From: a virus
Length of the DNA: 64,000 nucleotides
IMG/VR virus record: IMGVR_UViG_3300025138_000013
Strand: one strand, 5' to 3'
The translations under genes were made by a program, and so were the position numbers. The notes below the pieces were generated by a model. It did not search any database. It was given only the letters and a program-made list of their open reading frames with translations, and had not been told where the DNA came from. Of the stretch, positions 56,168 through 64,000 are shown piece by piece (position 1 is the stretch's first letter; each line of letters starts with the position of its first letter).

Positions 56168-56570
56168 TGCACAAGAAAAAATAGTTTCAGAATTAGTCGA
56201 AGTAACCTTTCCCGAAAAAGATGATTTCCTAAAGATTAGGGAAACACTTTCACGCATAGGTGTTGCATCAAGAAGAGACCAAGAACTATTCCAGTCATGT
56301 CACATACTACACAAACGTGGTAAGTATTACATCACTCACTTCAAAGAGTTATTCAAACTCGATGGTAAACCAACTAACATAGATGAGTCAGATATCGGTA
56401 GAAGAAATACTATCTGCAAGCTTCTAGCACAATGGAAACTTGTAACTTTGGTTGACCCTTCTAAGATAGAAGAACCAAATGCACCCCTTTCTCAAATCAA
56501 AATCATACCTTACAAAGAGAAAACTAACTGGAAATTGACAACTAAATACTCTATTGGTGGTTCTAAATAG
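56160..56570 (+). CDS. regA: Translational repressor RegA
   Basis: DDFLK.RETL.RIG, L.QSCHILHK.G.Y.I.HFKELF.LDG. Confidence 0.96.
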   Translation: MDDAQEKIVSELVEVTFPEKDDFLKIRETLSRIGVASRRDQELFQSCHILHKRGKYYITHFKELFKLDGKPTNIDESDIGRRNTICKLLAQWKLVTLVDPSKIEEPNAPLSQIKIIPYKEKTNWKLTTKYSIGGSK

Positions 56571-56606
56571 ATAAATACTTCTGTTAAACTTTAATAGGAG
56601 AAACTT

Positions 56607-56801
56607 ATGTGGGACTTTATTAGTAGTATCTGGGCATTTATGTCAGCGATACCAGCAATTATATCTATATGTTCAGTCATTGTCATGATGACCGACACAC
56701 CAAAGGACGATGCTCTTTGGGCAAAGTGCTATAAATACATAGAAGTCTTTGCACTAGCAATAGGAAAGGCAAAGGACAAAAATCCATTATTGGATAAGTA
56801 A
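56607..56801 (+). CDS. Small membrane protein (possible holin-like)
   Basis: TM helix followed by T.TPKDD motif; SD AGGAG. Confidence 0.5.
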   Translation: MWDFISSIWAFMSAIPAIISICSVIVMMTDTPKDDALWAKCYKYIEVFALAIGKAKDKNPLLDK

Positions 56802-56818
56802 ATAATTAGGAGAACATT

Positions 56819-57070
56819 ATGGACGGTACAACAGGATTAGTATTACTACTCGTATTGGCGTTTGTGTTTTTCGTTGTTAAAGGAAAAGATAAAAAGGTTA
56901 AACCTAAATCTGTTCCTTCCAAAGCAAAACCTAAAGCACCTACAGTTGCAGAGTTAAAGAAACTCACAAAGAATCAACTAGTAGAGCTTGCAGAAAAGAA
57001 AAACCTTAAGGTTAAAAAATCTGGCGCAAAGGCTGCAGTTATCAACGAAATCCGTGAACAATTGAAGTAA
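56819..57070 (+). CDS. TM-anchored protein with Rho-N/HeH-like basic C-terminal domain
   Basis: N-terminal TM; LKKLTKNQLVELAEK...KAAVI. Confidence 0.55.
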   Translation: MDGTTGLVLLLVLAFVFFVVKGKDKKVKPKSVPSKAKPKAPTVAELKKLTKNQLVELAEKKNLKVKKSGAKAAVINEIREQLK

Positions 57071-57092
57071 CTCTTAATAGAGTTTGAAAAAG

Positions 57093-57117
57093 AGGGACGT
57101 TTATCGTCCCTTTTTTT
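57093..57117 (+). terminator. Rho-independent terminator
   Basis: AGGGACG-TTTAT-CGTCCCT + T run. Confidence 0.85.
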
Positions 57118-57151
57118 GGCTTACAAGAAAGTAAAAAGAATAAATAATTGC

Positions 57152-57448
57152 ATGAATGAGATATTTGAGTTGATAGGTGAAGTGGGAGCCCCAATTGCTG
57201 GAAGCATAGTCATGGGATTTTTTATCTTTACTGTTATCAAACAAATCCTTGAGGGTGTTGTTGACGATATAAAAACGTTAACGATGTTCTGCAAGTCCTT
57301 AGAAAACCGTGCGAGAACAATGTCAAATGAAATGATTAAGATTGACATGTTAGTCTCGTCAGCACTTGAATTGAGACCCGATATAGAACGTATTGCACGT
57401 GCAGAAAACTTTATAGAAGACGGTAAGCTCGACGTAAGAAGGGATTAA
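57152..57448 (+). CDS. Membrane protein with coiled coil (first gene of curli operon)
   Basis: G.PIA...G.FI TM helix; after AATAAATA 57139-57146. Confidence 0.6.
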   Translation: MNEIFELIGEVGAPIAGSIVMGFFIFTVIKQILEGVVDDIKTLTMFCKSLENRARTMSNEMIKIDMLVSSALELRPDIERIARAENFIEDGKLDVRRD

Positions 57449-57449
57449 C

Positions 57450-57767
57450 ATGGAAACTGAAGTTGTTGAAGTTGTAGCAAATACAGACCCCACGTTAGTT
57501 ACTCTACTTAATGAATATGGTTTTCCTATTGTCATGATGGTTGGACTAGGATATTTCATTTATTATATTTGGTGGTTCGTAGGTGAAAAACTAGAACCCG
57601 AAATAGAGAAACAACATTTTGCACTCATCAAAGTGATTGACCAAGTCAGAATGTTAGACCAAGATTTAATTCGTTTACAACAGAAGGTAGACGTGGTTCT
57701 CGAATATAAAGAGAACGCAAAAAAGAAAGAGGTTATGAATGCAGAAAATAGCAGCGATAATAATTAG
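57450..57767 (+). CDS. Membrane protein with coiled coil, similar in layout to upstream gene
   Basis: YGFPIV...GLGYFIY TM; LI..ID..RMLD.DLIRL. Confidence 0.6.
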   Translation: METEVVEVVANTDPTLVTLLNEYGFPIVMMVGLGYFIYYIWWFVGEKLEPEIEKQHFALIKVIDQVRMLDQDLIRLQQKVDVVLEYKENAKKKEVMNAENSSDNN

Positions 57768-58200
57768 TGTTTGTTTTGCACTTAGTGTAAGTGCAGATGA
57801 AATTGTACACAAGTTTAAGAGTCCATCCTTTAATGGGATAGGAATATCTGCACATTATCTTACGATTGAGAACCAAGAAAAGTCAAGACGTGACAAGATA
57901 AAGCAAGACCTTGAAGATGCAATTGCAAAAGCAGATAGAGAAGCACAGAATACAACGCTTGCAAAATTTTTAAGAAACGTAGAGAGTAGAATCTACGCTC
58001 AGTTAGCAAAACAGTTAGTGGAGAATATGTTCTCTAATGGAACTGCAGCTGCATACGGTACATTTGTAATGGAAGGAAATACTGTTACATATGAAAGAAT
58101 GACTGGGGAAGATGGGGTTGATTTCATACGATTAACAATTGTTACTGAAGATGGGACAACAACGGTTTTAGATATACCAGTTGGTACAGGAAGCTTCTAA
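57739..58200 (+). CDS. csgF: Curli assembly component CsgF
   Basis: Signal peptide, F.SPSF.G, L.IENQ, G.TT...IP; adjacent to csgG. Confidence 0.8.
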   Translation: MQKIAAIIISVCFALSVSADEIVHKFKSPSFNGIGISAHYLTIENQEKSRRDKIKQDLEDAIAKADREAQNTTLAKFLRNVESRIYAQLAKQLVENMFSNGTAAAYGTFVMEGNTVTYERMTGEDGVDFIRLTIVTEDGTTTVLDIPVGTGSF

Positions 58201-58203
58201 ACA

Positions 58204-59112
58204 ATGAAAAATATACTAACAGTAGGACTACTAGTTCTACTCATGAGTGGATGTGCTAGTATTCCTAGCATGACAGACTCATGTGAATCTCTTGTTATGT
58301 CAAGAGTCGGCGAGTGTATTGAGAAGGCAGAAGTAGTAAATATACCTACTTATAGAGAGTTGGCTGATTTACCACCAGCGGATACGATGCCAGTTGTTGC
58401 AGTATATGCTTTCCAAGATAAGACAGGACAACGTAAGAGTAAAGATGGAATTGCATCTTTCTCTACTGCAGTAACCCAAGGTGCAGAATCATTTTTGATT
58501 GATGCCTTGAAGACTGCTGGAAAAGGTAAATGGTTTAGAGTAGTAGAAAGAACAAGTCTCGATGCACTTGTAAGAGAACGTCAGATTATTCGTTCTACTA
58601 GAGAAGACTTTGCAAACCAAGAAGGTAATGAAGATGCCCCAACAGGTATTCAACCTTTGCTGTTTGCTGGAATCCTACTGGAAGGTGGGATTATTGGTTA
58701 TGATACTAACATTGAAAGCGGTGGACGAGGCGCAAGATACTTAGGTATTGGTTCAAGTGTGTCCTACCGTAGAGATGTTATCACTGTATCGTTGAGAGGA
58801 ATATCAACTTTAACTGGTGAGATTTTACTGAATGTACAGACTCAGAAGACGATTCTAAGTACAGGCGGTGGTTATGATGTATTCCGCTTCGTTGATATGG
58901 ATACGAAGTTAGTGGAAATGGAAGATGGTAAAGCAGAGAATGAAGGAGTTACAAGAGCAACTCGTTCTGCAATTGAACTTGCCGTCTTGGAACTAATATA
59001 CCAAGGACACGATAGAAGTTTTTGGGTAATTAAAGATGGACATCGTCACCCACATGGAAGTCATGGTAGGAACGAACTACATCAAATAGAGGAAAAACAG
59101 GATGAAGAATAA
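58204..59112 (+). CDS. csgG: Curli secretion channel CsgG (lipoprotein)
   Basis: Lipobox LMSGC, VAVY.F.D.TGQ, STAVTQG, WF.VVER..L..L..ERQIIR, EGGI.GYD.N..SGG.GA. Confidence 0.93.
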   Translation: MKNILTVGLLVLLMSGCASIPSMTDSCESLVMSRVGECIEKAEVVNIPTYRELADLPPADTMPVVAVYAFQDKTGQRKSKDGIASFSTAVTQGAESFLIDALKTAGKGKWFRVVERTSLDALVRERQIIRSTREDFANQEGNEDAPTGIQPLLFAGILLEGGIIGYDTNIESGGRGARYLGIGSSVSYRRDVITVSLRGISTLTGEILLNVQTQKTILSTGGGYDVFRFVDMDTKLVEMEDGKAENEGVTRATRSAIELAVLELIYQGHDRSFWVIKDGHRHPHGSHGRNELHQIEEKQDEE

Positions 59113-59830
59113 ATTATTACTCATTATGTTAGCATTAGGAATGTCGGGGACAGCATTTGCTGGAGCTGATGATAACGAAGTATGGTTACAGCAAAGTGGT
59201 ACTGCATTGACATTGAACATAACTCAAAAGGGTTATGGAAACAAAGTTGGTGGTAATGACTTTAGTGGAACATCAATAGATATGCTATTGACTGGTGCTA
59301 CTAACAGTTTAACATTAGTACAATTCGGTGACAGTAACAAACTATACGGGCCTTTCATTGCAGATTCTTCAACAGTAAATTTAACTTTTACTGGTGACTC
59401 TAACTCAATGGATTGGAACGTTGGTTATCAAGGTTCAGCAGATAACTTAAATATGTTAGGAGCTGTTACAGGTTCATCTAACACATTTGATATTGATGTT
59501 GGATACGACCAGTCTGCAGAATACTTAAACTGGGACTTAGTAGTAGGTGGTTCAAGTAATGTATTCACTACTAAAATAGATAGTGACAATGCTGTTTGGA
59601 ATTGGACTGTTACAGGTTCAACAAATGACATCAATACTATACAGGCAGACGCAACAGATAATAAAATTACTGCAGTCTTAACTGGTTCAGGCAATGATAT
59701 AGATATCATTCAGAAATCGGGTTCAGATACAGGTTGTCCAAGTGGTCAATCATGTAGTGGTATTATTGATGTAAGCTTCGTGACTTCTAATGCAAATATT
59801 GACATCGTTCAAAAAGACGATAACGATTAA
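59102..59830 (+). CDS. Secreted curlin-like repeat protein 1
   Basis: Signal peptide; recurrent (Q/T).G..N repeats; within csg operon. Confidence 0.7.
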   Translation: MKNKLLLIMLALGMSGTAFAGADDNEVWLQQSGTALTLNITQKGYGNKVGGNDFSGTSIDMLLTGATNSLTLVQFGDSNKLYGPFIADSSTVNLTFTGDSNSMDWNVGYQGSADNLNMLGAVTGSSNTFDIDVGYDQSAEYLNWDLVVGGSSNVFTTKIDSDNAVWNWTVTGSTNDINTIQADATDNKITAVLTGSGNDIDIIQKSGSDTGCPSGQSCSGIIDVSFVTSNANIDIVQKDDND

Positions 59831-60929
59831 TTTTCTTCTGATTGGTTCACTTGCAATTGCAGCTGAACCAATTGGTGAAATAGTCGAACAGAAAGGATAC
59901 GCGGGTTTACAGAGAGACGGTTCACAAACCATTCTCTCTGCATCCGAGTTACCCGATGTGCTGATGTATGATACAGCACAAACCGTAAACGGTAGAATGA
60001 AAATCCAGTTCAAAGGAACTGAAGAGTTGGATTTAACAGAACATACCAAGGTTTGGATAGACGAGGTTTATTACGACCCCGACCCATCCAAGTCCAAAAT
60101 GGCCATAAGAATGGCCCAAGGCACCGCCCGATTTGCTTCGGGTTTTGGTGGAAAAATTAAGAAAGCTAACATAAATATAACTACCCCGACTGCACAGATA
60201 ACAGTCAACGGCACCGACTTCACTACAAGTATTGATGAAATCGGAAGGTCACTTGTTATATTGCTGCCTGATAAATGGGGAGCTCCTTCGGGAAGTATTT
60301 TAGTTAGTAATGCAGGCGGTGAAGTATTATTAGATGAGGCCTATCAAGCAACTATGGTTTCTACATATGACTCATCACCAACTAAACCAGTAGTGGTTAA
60401 TGGGATTACACCCAGTTTAATTGACAACTTATTCATTGTCAGTCCACCCGACGAGGTGAATGAACAAGTTGCAGAAGAACAAAGAAGTAACGAGAATGAT
60501 AGTAACAATGTTCTTGATGTAGATTTCTTAGAGTTCAATGACCTAGAAGAAAATTACTTTGAGGATGATGAATTAGAATACACGGAACTCGACAGAGACT
60601 TATTAGATGTCGATTTCCTACAGGATTTACTAGATGTTGTCTTGGATATTGACCGTAAGGTTGGTATTGATAGAGAAGTATCTAATGCCTTCGGAGTGGT
60701 TCGTATTGACGGAACTCTACCAGGCTTTGATAAAGACACTCAATACAATACAATTGTAGACAAGGGTCTTGGTCAGATATGGTTCTACAGGGAAGTGAAT
60801 GGAATTATTTCTATTAGACTCCCTATATATGCTCAAGCAAGTATTAGAACTATAACAGACGAAAAAGAGTCACTAATTAGGGTGGGTGATGGTTCGTCTC
60901 TAAATATCACCATCACACAAACAAACTAG
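59790..60929 (+). CDS. FecR-domain protein with acidic C-terminal region
   Basis: D...T..G...I.F, G..RF..G, TPTA.I.V.GTDF. Confidence 0.8.
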   Translation: MQILTSFKKTITINFLLIGSLAIAAEPIGEIVEQKGYAGLQRDGSQTILSASELPDVLMYDTAQTVNGRMKIQFKGTEELDLTEHTKVWIDEVYYDPDPSKSKMAIRMAQGTARFASGFGGKIKKANINITTPTAQITVNGTDFTTSIDEIGRSLVILLPDKWGAPSGSILVSNAGGEVLLDEAYQATMVSTYDSSPTKPVVVNGITPSLIDNLFIVSPPDEVNEQVAEEQRSNENDSNNVLDVDFLEFNDLEENYFEDDELEYTELDRDLLDVDFLQDLLDVVLDIDRKVGIDREVSNAFGVVRIDGTLPGFDKDTQYNTIVDKGLGQIWFYREVNGIISIRLPIYAQASIRTITDEKESLIRVGDGSSLNITITQTN

Positions 60930-60937
60930 GAGAATAT

Positions 60938-61084
60938 ATGAATATCATAGAAAAGTTCCGCTCATGGCATGAAACTCAAATCTTTGGATTTCAAAAAGCT
61001 ATGAGACTAGATGACTACCACATGATGTGGTTGGCATTCGGTGAGGGAGTTGTCTTATGTTTATTATTTCAATGGTTATTTTAA
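60938..61084 (+). CDS. Small membrane protein (48 aa), not in ORF track
   Basis: SD AGGAG; MNIIEKFRSWHE...MMWLAFGEGVVLCLLFQWLF. Confidence 0.55.
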   Translation: MNIIEKFRSWHETQIFGFQKAMRLDDYHMMWLAFGEGVVLCLLFQWLF

Positions 61085-61090
61085 ACTAAA

Positions 61091-61894
61091 ATGAAAAGAA
61101 TTTTATCATTATTAATAATGCTTCCCTTGTTAGTCATTGCAGATGATGACAACAAGGTTGATGTTAACACTACTGGGAGTCAGTCTAATGATTCCCTAGT
61201 GTTTAATCTAACACAAATAGGTTATAACAACGATACCGTCTTTACAATCGGTGGTTCCAATAACACATTTCTAATTAAACAAGAAGGAAACAACAACGAG
61301 ATTTCCTTCGTAGATTACTTTGGTTCGGGAGAAACTTGGGGTGGAGACCTCGATGGTAATAACAATGCATTACACTTCGAACAAAATTGTACTCGTGGTT
61401 CCAGTTGTGGTAAATCTGATATAGGATTTCACATTCAAGGAGATGGTAACTCAGTTCGATGGGGTCAAGGAAAGGTTCTATCAAACGCTTCAGATGAGAC
61501 ATTTTCACTCGATTCGGATGAGGGTGGTAATCATAAACTAAACCTAGACATTCACGGTAATAATAATTCAGTCGCAGGGTTTCAAAGAAATGGTGCTCAA
61601 AATCAATACTCAGGTCACACTGCAACCTTATACATCTATGCAAATGACAATTCACTTTGGGTGAAACAAGAGAATGATGGTGCAAAGACTTTAAACTACA
61701 TTAGTAGAACAGATGATAATACAGGACATATAGTTCAAATGGGTAGTGGGAGTCACACTTCAACCATAAATCTCACTGGTACATACCCATCAACTTTAAA
61801 TTTATTGCAAAACTCAAGTACAAATCAATCATATACACTCACACAAAACTGCGTTACAGTAGGTGGATGTAGTGTTACAATAACTCAAGAGTAA
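61091..61894 (+). CDS. Secreted curlin-like repeat protein 2
   Basis: Signal peptide; Q.G.NN / G..N repeats; C-terminal C...GC...TQ. Confidence 0.7.
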   Translation: MKRILSLLIMLPLLVIADDDNKVDVNTTGSQSNDSLVFNLTQIGYNNDTVFTIGGSNNTFLIKQEGNNNEISFVDYFGSGETWGGDLDGNNNALHFEQNCTRGSSCGKSDIGFHIQGDGNSVRWGQGKVLSNASDETFSLDSDEGGNHKLNLDIHGNNNSVAGFQRNGAQNQYSGHTATLYIYANDNSLWVKQENDGAKTLNYISRTDDNTGHIVQMGSGSHTSTINLTGTYPSTLNLLQNSSTNQSYTLTQNCVTVGGCSVTITQE

Positions 61895-63753
61895 TGTACT
61901 CTTGGAAAGCGTGTCTTGTTACGATACTTGCCCTCTTTGCATTAAAGGTTACTAATCCTTATTTCATAGAGAACATATCTTGGACATGGTTCGATTACTT
62001 ACATCAACAACAAGGAGAATTTTATGTGGATGACATCGTTCTTGTCGACATCGACGAGAAGTCTCTTGAAACTTTTGGACAATATCCTATACGTCGTGGT
62101 ATTTACCGTGACCTTCTTCTTGATACCCATTATAGCAATACTCATATTTTTGGTATGTTATTTTCTAAACCCGACAGAGACCCCACACAAGACGCGATAT
62201 TTGCAGAGGGATTAGTCAACCGTCTCACAATCCTTGGAGCTGCTCCAACATCACAAACTCAAAAAGGTTCTGCACCATTCGTAGGTAACTCAACGTTTGG
62301 GGGTGGTAATCCTAAAGATTTTCTGTGGAACTTCGATGGAATTGTATCGCCCATCGCGATGCTGAAAGATAATACTTATGGGGTTGGAGTTGTGACGGCT
62401 ACTCCAGCTGTCACTGGAACACCAAATTTTGATGGGACTACGCGGTCTGTACCCCTATTGGTTACGGCAAACGATGAAGTATATCCCTCACTAATGTTAG
62501 AAGCTTTACGAGCCTTACGTAACGAACCAAGTTATCAAACTAAAATTACTCCCGAGACTGGTGTAGAGTGGGTTCGGATGGGAAGAGACAAACCGATAAC
62601 CACCACTCCAACCAGTGATGTAATGATATCCTATTGGAACAAATTCCATAGAATTTCTGCAGTAGACTTACCCGATTCTAATTTCGAGAATAAAATACTT
62701 GTATGGGGTTTGACTGCAGAGGGTTTGAATAATCCAGTTTCAACCCCAAGGGGAGTAATGTATCCCCATGAAGTGCAAGCGAACCTGCTCCAAACCGTTT
62801 TGACAGGAGTTCAAATACAACAATCCTACTATCTTGAATCACTAGAGTCTGTTCTTCTTCTGTTAGTTCTGCTAATGATAGTTGCGATGGTTTACAAGCT
62901 TCCCACAGTTCTTTCGGGGACAGGGTTTCTATTACTTGTAGTATGCCAGATTGGCGGGAGTTATTATATTTGGACTTCAGAGCTCGTTCTTTTCGATACC
63001 TTCTTTTCATCGTTGGCCTCCTTAGTAGTTTTCGGTCATGCTTCGTTCAACAAATACTATGTGACTTTCCAAGAAAAGCAACAAATAAAGAAGCAGTTCC
63101 AAAAGTATTTATCTCCCGACATGATTGAAGAGCTACAAAAACACCCCGAAAAATTGAGACTTGGTGGAGATAGAAAGGAGATGACCTTCATGTTTATGGA
63201 CATCATCGGATTCACTCCTATAAGCGAACATTACATGAAACAGGATGACCCCGAAGGATTAGTAGAATTGATTAACAAATTCCTTGATATGCAGACTAAG
63301 ATAATCCTAAATAATGGTGGAACCATCGACAAGTACATGGGCGATTGTATAATGAGTTTTTGGAATGCTCCTATGGAGTGTAAGAACCATGCAGACCTTG
63401 CCGTTAAATCAGCACTGGAAGTGCTAGAAGCAACAAAGGAATTAAATGAAGAACTTAAACCTCTCGAACTGCCTCCTATTAATGTTGGGATTGGTATCTC
63501 TACAGGCGAATGCATCGTTGGAAACATGGGGTCAGAACTTAGATTTGACTATTCCGTCATTGGAGATGCAGTTAACCTCGGAGCTAGACTCGAAGGACAA
63601 ACGAGAAATTATGATGGGGTGGACTTGTTGTTATCACAAAGAACTTATAAACAGTGTAAGGTTGGAGCATACATTGAAGTCGATAGAATACACGTCAAGG
63701 GGAAAAGTGAAAAGGTCACTATCTACACTCCAATTAAAGGAACCCATAACTGA
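61894..63753 (+). CDS. CHASE2-domain class III adenylate/guanylate cyclase
   Basis: IVLVDIDE.SL...G.YP (CHASE2), TM helices, F.DI.GFT, DKY.GDCIM, GIGI.TG...GNMGS..RFDY.VIGD.VNL.ARLE. Confidence 0.93.
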   Translation: MYSWKACLVTILALFALKVTNPYFIENISWTWFDYLHQQQGEFYVDDIVLVDIDEKSLETFGQYPIRRGIYRDLLLDTHYSNTHIFGMLFSKPDRDPTQDAIFAEGLVNRLTILGAAPTSQTQKGSAPFVGNSTFGGGNPKDFLWNFDGIVSPIAMLKDNTYGVGVVTATPAVTGTPNFDGTTRSVPLLVTANDEVYPSLMLEALRALRNEPSYQTKITPETGVEWVRMGRDKPITTTPTSDVMISYWNKFHRISAVDLPDSNFENKILVWGLTAEGLNNPVSTPRGVMYPHEVQANLLQTVLTGVQIQQSYYLESLESVLLLLVLLMIVAMVYKLPTVLSGTGFLLLVVCQIGGSYYIWTSELVLFDTFFSSLASLVVFGHASFNKYYVTFQEKQQIKKQFQKYLSPDMIEELQKHPEKLRLGGDRKEMTFMFMDIIGFTPISEHYMKQDDPEGLVELINKFLDMQTKIILNNGGTIDKYMGDCIMSFWNAPMECKNHADLAVKSALEVLEATKELNEELKPLELPPINVGIGISTGECIVGNMGSELRFDYSVIGDAVNLGARLEGQTRNYDGVDLLLSQRTYKQCKVGAYIEVDRIHVKGKSEKVTIYTPIKGTHN

Positions 63754-64000
63754 TTTTCAATGGGGTACATTTGTATCACTTCAACTTCTTGATATGTACA
63801 CTACCTATAAAGGATTGCAATACGATTGTGTATTTGAAACGAATCCTCTCTTTGGTGAAAGACCTTCAGTAATGACAATGGGTGTAAGAAAGATTGTTAT
63901 ACTTGCCCCAGCAATAGTTTCTGAACAGAACAATCAAACATTAAGTATAGAAGACATGAGAGATATTAACCTTCTTATGGGTTTAGTTGTCCTTAACAAT
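63446..64000 (+). CDS. Membrane protein (DUF5658-like), 3' truncated; start lies inside cyclase gene
   Basis: Open +1 frame to window end; LQLLD..TT..GL....E.NPL motif; start position uncertain. Confidence 0.5.
   Translation, partial: MKNLNLSNCLLLMLGLVSLQANASLETWGQNLDLTIPSLEMQLTSELDSKDKREIMMGWTCCYHKELINSVRLEHTLKSIEYTSRGKVKRSLSTLQLKEPITDFQWGTFVSLQLLDMYTTYKGLQYDCVFETNPLFGERPSVMTMGVRKIVILAPAIVSEQNNQTLSIEDMRDINLLMGLVVLNN

Noticed and set aside
1398-63527. Minus-strand and alternative-frame ORFs in the track (e.g. 4107-4646, 14701-15114, 17450-17878, 46402-46755)
   Set aside because: They are shadows of + strand genes caused by codon bias and repeats, with no recognisable motifs or expression signals.
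1-64000. tRNA genes, introns, inteins or homing endonucleases in core genes
   Set aside because: No cloverleaf recognised in the intergenic gaps; gp17, gp20, gp23, uvsW, gp46 and gp44 are uninterrupted and of normal length. Checked by eye only.

Overview
A 64 kb fragment of an AT-rich marine T4-like myophage genome (pelagimyophage/cyanomyophage-type gene content; host not determinable from sequence). All credible genes are on the + strand. Order: large virion structural protein (5' truncated); a ~20 kb tail-fibre/appendage island; a glycosyltransferase/chaperone/2OG-Fe(II) oxygenase cluster; the T4 core virion block (gp13-gp23, gp3); uvsY/uvsW; a cytochrome c plus micro-membrane-protein island; gp55/47/46; def; a CobT/CobS-like pair; gp45/44/62/regA; and a curli (csgF/csgG/curlin-like)-FecR-CHASE2 cyclase operon. 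The main discovery is two adjacent gene pairs (5323-7068 with 7068-8240, and 16037-17527 with 17579-18937) encoding Pro/Gln/Tyr/Arg-rich repeat proteins. Within each pair the module order of one protein is the exact 'reverse complement' of the other under a fixed pairing rule: 47 of 47 and 37 of 37 modules match in length, and the repeat regions are 424/424 and 332/332 aa. The DNA is not an inverted repeat, so the complementarity is at protein level. It suggests antiparallel heterodimeric protein 'zipper' fibres. All family assignments are from motif recognition only; no searches were run.
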